Part shown: piece after piece, positions 1 through 10,485 of the stretch
Layout: every line of letters begins with the position of its first letter
How positions within the stretch are numbered: the first letter of the stretch is position 1
Assembly (NCBI GenBank): GCA_963793305.1
Contig: CAWBZV010000004.1
Location: 32,001 to 96,000, forward strand
Source: an uncultured Gemmatimonadales bacterium
GTDB taxonomy: Bacteria; Gemmatimonadota; Gemmatimonadetes; Gemmatimonadales; Gemmatimonadaceae
Length of the DNA stretch: 64,000 nucleotides
Reading direction: 5' to 3'
Position numbers and translations under genes: made by a program
Notes under the pieces: generated by a model
What the model was told of the DNA's origin: nothing
What the model saw: only the letters and a program-made list of their open reading frames with translations
The model's database searches: none

Positions 1-745
1 CACCTACTGGCCAGGCCAGGATCCGGTGGGCAAACGTGTCCACCTTCAGGACGGTGTGACCGTGAACTGGTCTGGCGCCTGGACCACGATCGTTGGTGTG
101 ACTGGGGATGCTCGCACGGAATCCTTGGGCGAAGCGGCCGCTCCACGGATCTACCTCAGCCTGTACCAGCATGCCTTCCAAGCCAGCGTGAACCAGCCGG
201 GCCTCCAAGGCCTGGCCGTCTTTCTTCGCGGACAACTCGATCCCCGCGCCATCCCCGCACAAGTTCGCCAGCAGATTCAGTCCGTCGACCCGGAACTGCC
301 CGTTTTCGGTGCAGAGACCATGGATGACGTCGTCTCCGCCTCGCTCTCGGTCAGGCGATTCTCGATGGAAATGGTGGCCTTCTTTGCGGCCACGGCCTTG
401 CTGCTCGCCGGACTTGGCATCTACGGAACCATCTCGTTTGTGGTGAACGAACAACGACATGAGTTCGCCATTCGCCTCGCGCTGGGGGGGCAGCGACGCG
501 ATATCCTCACGATGGTCCTACGGCGGGGACTCAGTCTGGCCGCCGCTGGCGCCGCGATAGGCTTGGTTGGCGCGCTCATCGTCTCCCGCCTCATGGCCGG
601 ACTCCTCTACGGTGTGTCGCCGACCGATCTCCCCACCTTCGCTGCCGTCACCCTCGCACTGACTGCTGTCGCGCTGGCCGCCAGTTATGTCCCGGCGCTC
701 CGCGCCATGCACCTCGATCCCATCACCGTTCTCCAATCGGAATGA
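1..745 (+). CDS. ABC permease, MacB/FtsX (ADOP-like) family, C-terminal part (truncated by window edge)
   Basis: GLGIYGTISFVVNEQRHEFAIRLALG and YVPALRAMHLDP are typical FtsX C-terminal motifs. Confidence 0.9.
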   Translation, partial: TYWPGQDPVGKRVHLQDGVTVNWSGAWTTIVGVTGDARTESLGEAAAPRIYLSLYQHAFQASVNQPGLQGLAVFLRGQLDPRAIPAQVRQQIQSVDPELPVFGAETMDDVVSASLSVRRFSMEMVAFFAATALLLAGLGIYGTISFVVNEQRHEFAIRLALGGQRRDILTMVLRRGLSLAAAGAAIGLVGALIVSRLMAGLLYGVSPTDLPTFAAVTLALTAVALAASYVPALRAMHLDPITVLQSE

Positions 746-925
746 ACTCAACGATAGGCGCCCGGCACCGGACGCCTGTCGTGTTCCCGCCGATAAGAAC
801 TCAGGCTTACGAGCACCCGGACGGGGATGGGGCCAAGATGGTCACGGATGCGCGCGCTCTGCTGGGATCGTAGGACGCATCGTTCTTCGCGGCCACCCCT
901 TGCATGCCGCGAACGCTTGCGTTAA

Positions 926-949
926 ATACTGAGCCATATGGTTCAGTAT
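926..949. promoter_or_regulatory. Palindromic operator, probable ArsR autoregulation site
   Basis: ATACTGAGCCAT/ATGGTTCAGTAT near-perfect inverted repeat directly before ATG 950. Confidence 0.7.
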
Positions 950-1303
950 ATGACGACCCGACTTGATACTTCGTTCGCCGCGCTCTCGGACGCCACGCGG
1001 CGTGGCGTTCTGGAGCAGCTCGGACGAGCCGACGCTTCGATCACGGACCTTGCCGAGAAGTTCCACATGACGCTCACGGGCATGAAGAAGCACGTCGGCG
1101 TTCTGGAGCAGTCGGGGTTCGTCACCACGAAGAAGATCGGGCGCGTGCGGACGTGCCAGCTGGGCCCGCGCCGATTGGAGGAAGAGACGGCGTGGCTCGA
1201 GAGGTACCGCCAGCGCTGGGACGAACGCTTCGACGAGTTGGACAAGGTTGTCGAGGAACTGACACGAAAGGAGAAGAGCGATGAACGCAAAAATCGAAAG
1301 TAA
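950..1303 (+). CDS. ArsR/SmtB family transcriptional regulator
   Basis: FAALSDATRRGVLEQL...KHVGVLEQSGFV...GRVR HTH; paired with SRPBCC gene; alternative start 938. Confidence 0.9.
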   Translation: MTTRLDTSFAALSDATRRGVLEQLGRADASITDLAEKFHMTLTGMKKHVGVLEQSGFVTTKKIGRVRTCQLGPRRLEEETAWLERYRQRWDERFDELDKVVEELTRKEKSDERKNRK

Positions 1304-1796
1304 GCCCGGCCCCGTGAAGAACCGCACGACGGTGGAACGGAAGTCGGACCGCGAGGTGGTTGTCACGCGGACCATCAACGGCCCGGCGCGCATCGTGTTC
1401 GAGGCATTTACCAACGCCGAGCTGCTCAAGCGTTGGTGGGTGCCCAAGTCGGTGGGAATGACCCTGCTGTCCTGCGAGGTGGATGCTCGTGTCGGAGGCA
1501 AGTACCGATTGGTATTCGATCACGACCCCGAGCCTGCCGCGTTTTTCGGCACGTATGTCGAAGTGAAGCCGTATTCGCGCCTCGCGTGGACCAATGACGA
1601 AGGTGGCGAGGGCGGGCCTGTCACCACGGTGACCTTCGAGGAACAGGGCGGCAAGACGCTGGTGGTCCTGCGCGAGAGCCATCCTTCGAAGGAAGCGCTC
1701 GACGCTGCCGGCACCGGAGCAGCCGATGCAATGGTCGAGACGTTCGATCAGCTGGACGAGCTTCTCGTCGCCCTGGGTGAGAGCTCGGGACAGTAA
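1281..1796 (+). CDS. SRPBCC/AHSA1 domain protein
   Basis: VVTRTINGPARIVFEAFT...WW, DARVGGKYRL; typical ArsR-SRPBCC pair. Confidence 0.9.
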   Translation: MNAKIESKPGPVKNRTTVERKSDREVVVTRTINGPARIVFEAFTNAELLKRWWVPKSVGMTLLSCEVDARVGGKYRLVFDHDPEPAAFFGTYVEVKPYSRLAWTNDEGGEGGPVTTVTFEEQGGKTLVVLRESHPSKEALDAAGTGAADAMVETFDQLDELLVALGESSGQ

Positions 1797-1897
1797 CAGC
1801 GACGTGGATCTCGCGGTCGGTCGTCCGATAGTCCCGGCTCACACTGGCCGGGGCTATCGGGTCCTACGGTACGTCGTACGTCCCTATCAAAACGGAC

Positions 1898-4381
1898 ATG
1901 CGCCCGAAAATCGACATGCTCACAAGCGACCTCCGGTTCGCGTTTCGCTCGCTGTCGCGCGCAAAGGGTCTCGCGATCACGGTGATCCTCACGCTCGCAC
2001 TCGGGATCGGCGCGAACGCCGCCATCTTCACCATCGTCCGCGGCGTGCTCCTCCGTCCGCTCGTCAATCGCGACGAGGGCACACTGATCTATGTGCGCCA
2101 AAGCCAGACAGGAATCGGAAGCGAAAACGCGCAGTTCTCGGTTCCCGAGCTCCAGGACATCGAGTCTGGCGTCCATTCCATAAGCCAATTCGGCGATTTC
2201 TCGACGATTGCCTTTTCGGTCGTAGGCCTCGGCGCCCCGCGTGAGGTGCGCGCAGGTGTCGTGGGCGGCTCGTATTTCGATGTGATGGGGTTGCATCCGG
2301 TCCTCGGGCGGTTGATCGGCCCACGCGATGACGGGCCGAGCGCGCCTGGCGTCGTCGTGCTCACCTATCGGTTCTGGTCGACGACGCTCCATAGCGATTC
2401 GTCGGTCCTCGGCAAGACCGTCCGCCTCGGCAGCGGCTCCCTGGGTGCGCGGACGGCGACGATCATCGGCGTGCTCGAACCGTCGATCCCGTATCCCACT
2501 GAGACCGAGTTGATCGCCAACATCGTCACGAGCCCGCACCATCTGTCGGCGACGATGGTCACCGGCCGCGTGCACCGCATGACCGAGCTGTTCGGTCGGC
2601 TCGCTCCCGGCGCCACGCTCGACCAAGCGCGCGCCGAGTTGCAGGCGGTGTACGCCCGGATGACGAACGACCATCGTGAGGCTTACCCGAAAGAGGCCGC
2701 GTCAGCGATCAGCGCCGTTCGGCTGCGCGAGCAGATCACGTCCCAAGCGAGACCCATTCTGCTCATTCTGCTCGCCGCGTCGGGGCTCATCTATATCATC
2801 GCCTGCTCGAACGTCGCCAACCTGATCCTCGCCCGTTCCATTCGCCGTGAGAGCGAGCTCGCCGTGCGCGCCGCACTCGGCGCGAGCGTCGGGGCGCTGC
2901 GCCGTACACTGCTCGTCGAGAGCGTGCTCCTCGCCAGCGCCGGCGCGCTCCTCGGCGTGCTGAGCGCGGATCCCATGGTCGCGATTCTGGCGCGCTACGC
3001 ATCCCGCTTCACGGTACGCGCGGTCGATCTCACCGTCGACTCCAGCATGCTGTGGGTCGGCGCCGGGCTCGCGATCGTCGCCGCCGTCCTGCTGGCGTTC
3101 GTCCCGCGCCTGCCCTCGTCGCGCGCCTCGCAGAGCATCGCGATCGCCGGTGGCGGCGTGCGCATGACGAGTAGTACGAACCGCCGTCTCCAACTGTTCG
3201 CCGTCACGCAGATCGCGGCCTCGTTCGTGTTGCTCGCGGGCGCGACTACACTCCTCAAGACCCTCCTCGATCTGCAACGCTCTCATCCGACGTTCGACAC
3301 GCACCACGTGCTCGCCATCGATGTCCCGGTCGACGCCTACGGCAAGACGCAAGCGCAGATCCTGGACTTCTATAAAGAAGCGGAGCGCCGCGTGGCGCAG
3401 CTCCCCGGCGTCGCGGCGGTCGCCGTGGGCGACGTCGTGCCCTGGCGCGACAACGACTTCTTCTTCGGGATGGAGTTCGCCGGCGAAGGGCACCTGCAGG
3501 CCTCGGGCGACAGCCCGCGCGCGGAGTATCGCGCTGTCTCGTCCGGATATTTCGCCACGCTCGGCGTTCCGATTATCGAGGGACGCGACTTCAATGGTAT
3601 GGATCGCGACACCGTCGAGTCCGTGGTGATCATCAGCAAGAGCGTGGCCGACCGGGTGTTCCCCGGTCAGGACCCGATCAATCACCATGTGTGGTGGACC
3701 GATCCGGTGAGCCAATTCGGCGGTGCGGGTATGCAGCCGAAACACCGCCGCATCGTCGGCGTCGTCGCGGACATTGACGATGCGCATATTCTTCCCGAGC
3801 CAACTCTGGCGATCTATGAGCCGATCACGCAGGTCGGCCTATTCGGAGGCCGCTTGTTCGTACACGCCAGCGGCAATCCGTACGCGCTCGTCGCGCCGAT
3901 CACCCGGTCCATCCGTGCCATGTCCGCCGATCAGCCGATCGAGCACGCGGCCACGCTCGAGGACGTGAAGGCCGAGGTGCTGACGCCGGACCGCTTGAAC
4001 TCTCTCGTGTTCGGCGGATTCGCGATCGTCGCGCTGGCGATTGCCGTGGTCGGTGTCGCCGGTGTCCTCGCGTTCTCCGTCAGCGCGCGCACGCGGGAGT
4101 TCGGCATCCGACTGGCCATTGGCTCGCAGTCGAGCCGACTGCTCGTGGGCGTCATGCGCGAGGCCGCGGTGATGGCCACCGCCGGAATCGTCGCCGGCGT
4201 CGCATGCGGTTACGTCCTGGCGCGACTCCTGGGCAACGGGTTGCTCGACATCAAAGCGCCGAGTGCGCTTCCGACGGTCGCCTCGGCGCTCGTCCTCCTC
4301 GTGGCGGCGATCGCTGCCTCGGCCCTTCCGGCCATGCGGGTCGCACGCATCAATGTGCTGCAGGCTTTGCGGGCCGAGTAG
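1898..4381 (+). CDS. Duplicated MacB/FtsX ABC permease (ADOP-like)
   Basis: DLRFAFRSL...TLALGIGANAAIF, IACSNVANLILAR, RTREFGIRLAIG; start may be 1916. Confidence 0.92.
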   Translation: MRPKIDMLTSDLRFAFRSLSRAKGLAITVILTLALGIGANAAIFTIVRGVLLRPLVNRDEGTLIYVRQSQTGIGSENAQFSVPELQDIESGVHSISQFGDFSTIAFSVVGLGAPREVRAGVVGGSYFDVMGLHPVLGRLIGPRDDGPSAPGVVVLTYRFWSTTLHSDSSVLGKTVRLGSGSLGARTATIIGVLEPSIPYPTETELIANIVTSPHHLSATMVTGRVHRMTELFGRLAPGATLDQARAELQAVYARMTNDHREAYPKEAASAISAVRLREQITSQARPILLILLAASGLIYIIACSNVANLILARSIRRESELAVRAALGASVGALRRTLLVESVLLASAGALLGVLSADPMVAILARYASRFTVRAVDLTVDSSMLWVGAGLAIVAAVLLAFVPRLPSSRASQSIAIAGGGVRMTSSTNRRLQLFAVTQIAASFVLLAGATTLLKTLLDLQRSHPTFDTHHVLAIDVPVDAYGKTQAQILDFYKEAERRVAQLPGVAAVAVGDVVPWRDNDFFFGMEFAGEGHLQASGDSPRAEYRAVSSGYFATLGVPIIEGRDFNGMDRDTVESVVIISKSVADRVFPGQDPINHHVWWTDPVSQFGGAGMQPKHRRIVGVVADIDDAHILPEPTLAIYEPITQVGLFGGRLFVHASGNPYALVAPITRSIRAMSADQPIEHAATLEDVKAEVLTPDRLNSLVFGGFAIVALAIAVVGVAGVLAFSVSARTREFGIRLAIGSQSSRLLVGVMREAAVMATAGIVAGVACGYVLARLLGNGLLDIKAPSALPTVASALVLLVAAIAASALPAMRVARINVLQALRAE

Positions 4382-4387
4382 TTATCT

Positions 4388-4432
4388 GAGTTGCCCCTCC
4401 TGGGCTCGAACCAGGACTCTTCTGATCCAGAG
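4388..4432 (-). repeat. att-like direct repeat copy 1: 3' part of tRNA-Gln (1 mismatch)
   Basis: GAGTTGCCCCTCCTGGGCTCGAACCAGGACTCTtCTGATCCAGAG matches 12348-12392. Confidence 0.95.
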
Positions 4433-6240
4433 CCACGCTGGGAAGGGCTTGAACTCCGGTAACTTGCAGTCAAACCGCAAGTTCGCGTCGTCGGATGCCG
4501 GAGTCAACGAACTATTCTGCCGGATCGTGCCGGGTCTAGCTCACACAGGAACTCACACACGCTGTGGGTTGTTCAGGCACGAGGCGACCATGTGATCCAG
4601 CGCGGATAGCGTGCCGCCGGATGACCACCCCGAGCCGAATACCGAGGTTTGGAAGCTATCAACTAGTTCAGCAGAAACTTTTTGACAAACATCACAGTGG
4701 AATAGAAACGATAGTCGCTATTCGATGTCTTGCTGATACCATGCCCTTCGCCGGCCATTACGAAATACCAGACTGGGATTCCGTTTTTCCGCACGGCATT
4801 CACAATCTGGTCGGATTCGGCACGCGGAACGATCGGATCGTTCTCGCCCTGAATGACGAACAGCGGTTTCGTGATTGAACTCGCGTTATTCACCGGCGCG
4901 AGTCTTTCGAGGAATTCACGTATCTGTGGATCGCGCTCGTCTCCATACTCTACGCGACGAAGATCGCGGCGATACTCGGCCGTACGCTCCAGAAACGTGA
5001 CCAGATTCGAAGGACCATAGATATCTACGGCGGCGCGGATGCGCTCTGGATACTTCATGGCCGTGACCAACGCCACGTTGCCGCCATAGCTGGCGCCGGT
5101 CACCATCACCCGGTCAGGATCGAGATCTGGTTGCGTCCTAATCCAATCGAGAAGCGCACCGATATCCTTGTAGGCGTTCTCTCGGAGCAGCCCGTTGTCC
5201 AAGGTCAGAAACGTCTTTCCGAAGCCCGATGAGCCACGGATGTTCGGGAACAGCAACGCAACTCCGAGCTCATTCATGTAGTAGTTCTGCTCGCCGAGGA
5301 AGTATGGCTGAAATTGGTCCTCTGGCCCGCCATGAATGTCGATGATGACGGGACGCTTTCCCGTGAATTTGGCTGGCGGGTGATACAGGATGCCCGACAG
5401 AGCCAGGCCGTCAAAACTCTTCCAGTGAATCACGCTTGGCTCGACGAACGCCGAGGTATTGAGGCCGCCAAGCTCGCTAAAGGTCCACCGCCCGACTCGG
5501 CCTGTCTTAGTGTCGAGCGAATAAGCGTCATCCGGCCAACGCCACGAGTCCAAGCTGAAGCCGAGGTAGCGACTGTTTCGGTGCCAATGGAGATCGATCA
5601 CATAGCCGGGCGGGAAGCCAGGAAGCGGTTTTTCACGCCCGGAGATGGCGTCGAGCACATGGAGGATGGTATTGCCATCCTCATCGCTGGTCACGGCCAT
5701 CTGCTTACCATCCGGAGACAGTTGCGCCTCAAAAATGTCCCAGGGGATGTGCTCAGTCAGGAACGTATAGCGATGTGTAGAGATGTCGATCCGCGCCAGT
5801 CGCCGGAACTCGGAATCGCGGTCGGTGATGGCAAAGATGCTCTTGCCGTCCTTGCTGAAGTAGGAGGCCCCATACGCGACCGCGGTTGGCCCCGACTTTG
5901 GCGTGATGAGCATTTTCTCGCCGGTAGAGACATTAATGAGCCAGAGGTAGCTCTCGTTGGCGGAAATCTCTTGAAGGGTAAGGATCTTCGAATCATCGGG
6001 TGACCAGTCGAGAGGACTCCATCCTCCACCCTCTAGCTTCACCAGCAGCCGGTTGGTCGTTGGATCGAGCGGATTTTCGACATAGAAGTCGACATCGGTA
6101 CCATTTCGCCGGTTCGAACCGTAGGCGATTCGGTCGCCACGGTTGGACCAGACGCCGGGTCCATTCTTCGACTTGCCATCGGTGAGCAGCGTGACCCGAC
6201 CGTCCACGAAGTCGTAGCGGTAGTTCTGTGTCGTGCGTGG
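4433..6240. mobile_element. Island C: integrase-less segment between att copies 1 and 2
   Basis: Bounded by tRNA-Gln 3' repeats; visibly less GC-rich than flanks; single cargo gene. Confidence 0.65.
4663..6240 (-). pseudogene. S9 family peptidase, 5'-truncated at the att repeat
   Basis: IHGGP, GASYGG nucleophile, NDP Asp and EGHG His intact; recognisable peptidase sequence begins at QNYRYD next to att copy 2; the ORF reads through the att to GTG 6369. Confidence 0.75.
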
Positions 6241-6285
6241 GAGTTGCCCCTCCTGGGCTCGAACCAGGACTCTCCTGATCCAGAG
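6241..6285 (-). repeat. att-like direct repeat copy 2: 3' part of tRNA-Gln
   Basis: 45 bp identical to 12348-12392. Confidence 0.95.
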
Positions 6286-6805
6286 CCGAGATTGGAGTGC
6301 CCCGAACTCCGGCAAGTTGCACTCAAACCACAAGTTGCGTGTCTCGGTTTGCCGGAGTTCCCGCACCACATGCCGGTGTTTGCCGGCGCAACGTACACAG
6401 AAACGTACACACTGAAGGCCTAAGCGCCGGATGCCACCATAGCGCCATTATTGTCTGAACTACGCCGCGAGCCGTGACTCCAGCCAGCGGTTGAGTGATT
6501 GCTGGCTCTGGTGGCGCGCGAGGCACAGAGTCCGGATCAGCGCCGTCGCGTACTGGTTCCCGCAGAGCTCTCTGGCCCGGGCCACCCAAGACTCGCCGAG
6601 GGACCCTTACGGCGCGTGAAGACGAGGACGGCGCCATCGCCTTTTGTGCCCAATGATGCGAAAATGCCCACTCGGTGCGGGTGGGCAAGGGACCGGCGGC
6701 TGCCAGCACACCCCGCGGGACCGCGTAGATCTGGGTCTTGTCGTGCGCGCCGCAGCGGCACGTATCGCCGGCCGGCAGCGCGCTTGTTCGCGATGCGGCC
6801 GCCGG

Positions 6806-8714
6806 CTACTTGGCCGGCGTTTTCAGGTACTTGTCGAACCACCCCAGCATACGCGGCCCCAGGTCTCGCGCGTGCGCCGGGATCCGGAAGCCATGTCCCT
6901 CGTCGGCGTACACGACGAGCTCGAGACGTCACGCCATTGCGCTGAAGCCCGCGCCAGAACTCGAACGACTGCGGCGCGGGACACTCGGCATCGCGCTCAC
7001 CGACGATGACCAAGGTCGGCGTACGCGCCTGTCGGATGAAGTTGATCGGCGAGCTCTTGGCGTACACCGCCGGGTCATCGTAGACCGTGGCGCCGAAATA
7101 TGGCTGCATCCACTCGTTAATGCCGTTCTCGCCCGCGTAACTCAACCAGTCGGAGAGGCCAGCAACGGCCACGACGGCTTTGAAGCGCTTGGTCTGGGTG
7201 ACCGCCCACATTCCCATGAATCCGCCGTAGCTCGCTCCCCAGAGTCCTATGCGCATGCTGTCGACGGAGTATCGGTGCACTATCGTGTCGATACCCGCCA
7301 TAATGTCGCGGAGATCGCCATATCCGAAGTCCTTCACATTGGCTTTCGCGAAGGCTTCGCCCTGCCCGTAGCTCCCGCGCGGATTCGGCATGAACACGAA
7401 GTAGCCGGCGCGGGACATCTGAGAGGTCGGATTGCGCTCCGACATCCATTCGGCCGACTGCGCCGCCGCCGGACCGCCGTGAACCTGCACGATCATGGGA
7501 TACCTGGTTCCCGGGCGGAAATCCGCCGGGAATAGCAGCCACCCCTGGACCGTGAATGCGTCGCTCTTCCACTCGACACTCTCCGCCCGGCCGTACGCTG
7601 GCGTGACCGTCGCGTTGACGTGGGTCACCGGCTCGAGCTTCTCTGGCGGCCCGGCCCAGACCTCCGGCGGCTCGCCGAAGGACTCACGCACCACGGCTAC
7701 CGCCTGGCCATCACGAGAGGCCGAGAGTGAAGGCACGAACCCTCCGCTGGTCACATGCGCATTCACGCGGGCGAGGATGCGCGAGGCGCCGGTGCGCGTA
7801 TCGAGGGTGGAGAATATGGACGCACCGCTCGCCCAAGCCGAGACAATGAGCTGATGCGGCGCACTCGTCCACGCCAGATCTGACGGGCTAGTCGTCGTCG
7901 TCGGAGTCAAATCTTTCGGCGTGCCGCCGGTGGCCGGTACGACCCAAACGTCGCCGCCGGTCGACCCCTGATCGCTCATGATACCGCCAATGTAGGCGAT
8001 CTCCGAGCCGTCCGGGGACCAGCGTGGCACAGCGATTTGCGTGGCCGGCTGCGCGATCTCTGTCAGCGCCCCCGAGTCGGCCGGCACCGCGTAGAGGCGT
8101 GCAGTCCACCAGTTGTTATTCCCCGAACCGTTCGCGGCGCTGACCACGAGTCGCCGCGAGTCGGGCGACCAATCGTACTCGTAAACATAGAGGTCCGCCG
8201 GAGTCACGACGCGGAGACGGCCTGCCGATAGATCGATGACGGCCAGATGCTGGCGGTCGACTATGTCGCCGATCACGCCGGTGTCGCGCGGCGTGGCCTC
8301 CGTCGGGTCGCCCGTGATCTCCTCCGGCCGCGCGTAGAGCACAGCCACGCTCTTGCCATCCGGCGCGAACCGGATGCCCTGGATGGAGCCGGGGATGGTG
8401 GCAACGACGCGCGACTTACCATCCGCGACGGTCGCCAACGTCACCGTGCCATTCGCGCTCAGAAAGGCGAGAGCGCGACTGTCCGGAGACCAGGCCACTT
8501 CGGACGCGTCGCCGAAGGTGCGAACGGCGGTGTGGGATGACTTGCGGTCGACGACAACGAGGGCCGGGGCGGCGCCGGCGGTGTCCGCCGGACTCGGGCC
8601 GATCCAGGCGACCAGTTGCCCGTCGGGTGAGATCGACACGTTGGAGAATCGGCGCGCCGCGTGAGACGGCGGCGGAAGCAGCGCAATGGCGGCGCAAAGA
8701 TGAAGAATAGTCAT
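6806..8714 (-). CDS. Secreted S9 family peptidase (acylaminoacyl-peptidase-like), frameshift near 6923
   Basis: Signal peptide, WSPD repeats, VHGGP, GASYGG; C-terminus ELVVYADEGHGF...WFDKYL continues in another frame to TAG 6806. Confidence 0.88.
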
Positions 8715-8811
8715 GTCCGGGGCACCAATGTACCGGAGCCCTGTTGAATCGATCCAATGAATTGTCTACACTGCGCTCATGGCGAAATTCGATGACGGGG
8801 CTGTGGGACCC

Positions 8812-9705
8812 ATGCATATCGAGGTGCGGGATCTGCGCCTGATTGTCGCCATCGCGCACTCCGGCAGCGTCACGGCGGCCGCCGACGCGCTTCATCTCAC
8901 GCAGTCGACGCTGAGCCATCATCTCGCCGATTTGGAACGGCGCATCGGCAGCCGGCTCTTCCATCGAACCGGTCACCGCCTGTCCATCACACCTCTCGGG
9001 AACCGGTTCCGAGCGAATGCTGAACCGCTGCTGGACGACGTCCGCGCATTCGAGCAAGCGCTCCGGAACAGGATCGACCAGCCCGTGGGAGTGGTGCGGT
9101 TCGCCACGGAATGCAATACAACGTATCCATGGTTTGGCCGGCTCGCCATCGCATTCCGACGCGAGTGGCCACAGGTGGAATTGACGCTGGTAACCGCGGC
9201 CACGGCGCAGCCGCTGGTGGAGCTGGAGCGCGGAACAGTCGACATTGCGATCACCACGCGTCGGGTTCGCCAGCGGCACTTCAAGGTTGCCACCCTGTTT
9301 TCGGACGAGCTCGTCGCGCTCGTTCCCCCGGACCATGCCTGGGGACGCAAGAAACGCGTCGAGCTTGAGGCATTTCGCGACGTGCATCTCTTGACCTTTG
9401 CAAGAGATCCCTTGCATTCCGACTTCGTCCGCGACGTGTTAGTGCCAGCGGGAGTCCTGCCGACCAAAACCTCAGGGACACAACAGACTGAGAGTCTCTT
9501 CGAGTTTTCGAAAGCCGGGATCGGAGTTGCGGTCGTGACGCGGTGGATTGCGAAGCATGTGCTCGAAAGCGGTGAGTTGGTCGCCGTGCGAATTGGCCGC
9601 GCTGGGCTCCATCGCACCTGGCGCGCCGTGTGGCTGCCGAGTTATCCGACTCCGGAATGGTTGGAAACCTTCGCCCGGCTTCTCTGTCTCGAGAATCGGC
9701 AGTAA
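8812..9705 (+). CDS. LysR family transcriptional regulator
   Basis: GSVTAAADALHLTQSTLSHHLADLERRIGSRLFHR HTH; divergent from peptidase. Confidence 0.93.
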   Translation: MHIEVRDLRLIVAIAHSGSVTAAADALHLTQSTLSHHLADLERRIGSRLFHRTGHRLSITPLGNRFRANAEPLLDDVRAFEQALRNRIDQPVGVVRFATECNTTYPWFGRLAIAFRREWPQVELTLVTAATAQPLVELERGTVDIAITTRRVRQRHFKVATLFSDELVALVPPDHAWGRKKRVELEAFRDVHLLTFARDPLHSDFVRDVLVPAGVLPTKTSGTQQTESLFEFSKAGIGVAVVTRWIAKHVLESGELVAVRIGRAGLHRTWRAVWLPSYPTPEWLETFARLLCLENRQ

Positions 9706-9916
9706 GACGCGGCGCTCGGACACCGCACAAAGACCGGTCAGCCTCGCTCACACCGATCGCGCCCACCGGCGCACCGAATGCAACGAGGGCGGACCAGACT
9801 CGCACCGCGTTTGACGCCATGCGGTCGATCCGGATGTCGAGATCACCCGTAGCACGGGGAGTGCCGCGTTCCAGAAAAAGTATAGCTCACGCAGTTGGGT
9901 CAGGCGTGAACCACAA

Positions 9917-9965
9917 CAAAAACAACGGCGCCGCCTGAGACTAAGCCCAAGCAGCGCCATACGTT
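9917..9965 (-). terminator. Hairpin plus U-tract following att copy 3
   Basis: GGCGCCGC...GCAGCGCC stem with an A-run on the + strand. Confidence 0.55.
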
Positions 9966-10011
9966 GAGTTGCCCCTCCTGGGCTCGAACCAGGACTCTCC
10001 TGATCCAGAGT
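9966..10011 (-). repeat. att-like direct repeat copy 3: 3' part of tRNA-Gln
   Basis: 46 bp identical to 12348-12393. Confidence 0.95.
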
Positions 10012-10188
10012 CCGACCAAGGGGACGCTCGCACCGGGTAACCAGTCCGGTATGGATGCCAATCGAGCATCGGCGCCCACTCGCGCTGTCGGAATCGATCG
10101 CGAATGTCCGGAGAAACTACGCCGAAACTACAGCCCGCGCAGAGCTCCGCGGTGTGAGCAACTGCGAGATACCGGCCTTCGCCCCGAA

Positions 10189-10485
10189 TCAGACCTCTTC
10201 GAGCGCTTCAAGAGAGTACTGGACCACGGTTTCGATGATGCCGCGAATCCCAGTCACACAGCCCTTGAATTCGATCGATTGCAGTACCGGCTGGCCATAT
10301 GAACGGAGCACGTCGCTGATGAGCGCGTGAATGAATGACTGTGTGGCAAGTGAAACACCGGTAAAGTCGAGGACAACGCGCTCGCGACGCTTCAGCGCGG
10401 GCACGATCTTCGTTTTTCGGACACGAGCAGCCGCGTCCTTGTCCTCAGCGAAATCCCCCGTGACACCACTAATCTTGATTATCAT
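10189..10485 (-). CDS. STAS-like (DUF4325-type) protein
   Basis: VVLDFTGVSLATQSFIHAL resembles the STAS LDF..V..(S/T).SF motif; ATGA overlap with upstream gene. Confidence 0.8.
   Translation of the reverse strand: MIIKISGVTGDFAEDKDAAARVRKTKIVPALKRRERVVLDFTGVSLATQSFIHALISDVLRSYGQPVLQSIEFKGCVTGIRGIIETVVQYSLEALEEV

Larger units (their letters stand above)
6286..9965. mobile_element. Island B: integrase-less segment between att copies 2 and 3
   Basis: Bounded by tRNA 3' repeats; carries S9 peptidase and divergent LysR. Confidence 0.65.

Noticed and set aside
6537..6805. C-terminal extension of the 725-aa peptidase ORF
   Set aside because: Out-of-frame read-through; the true EGHG terminus is in another frame ending at 6806.
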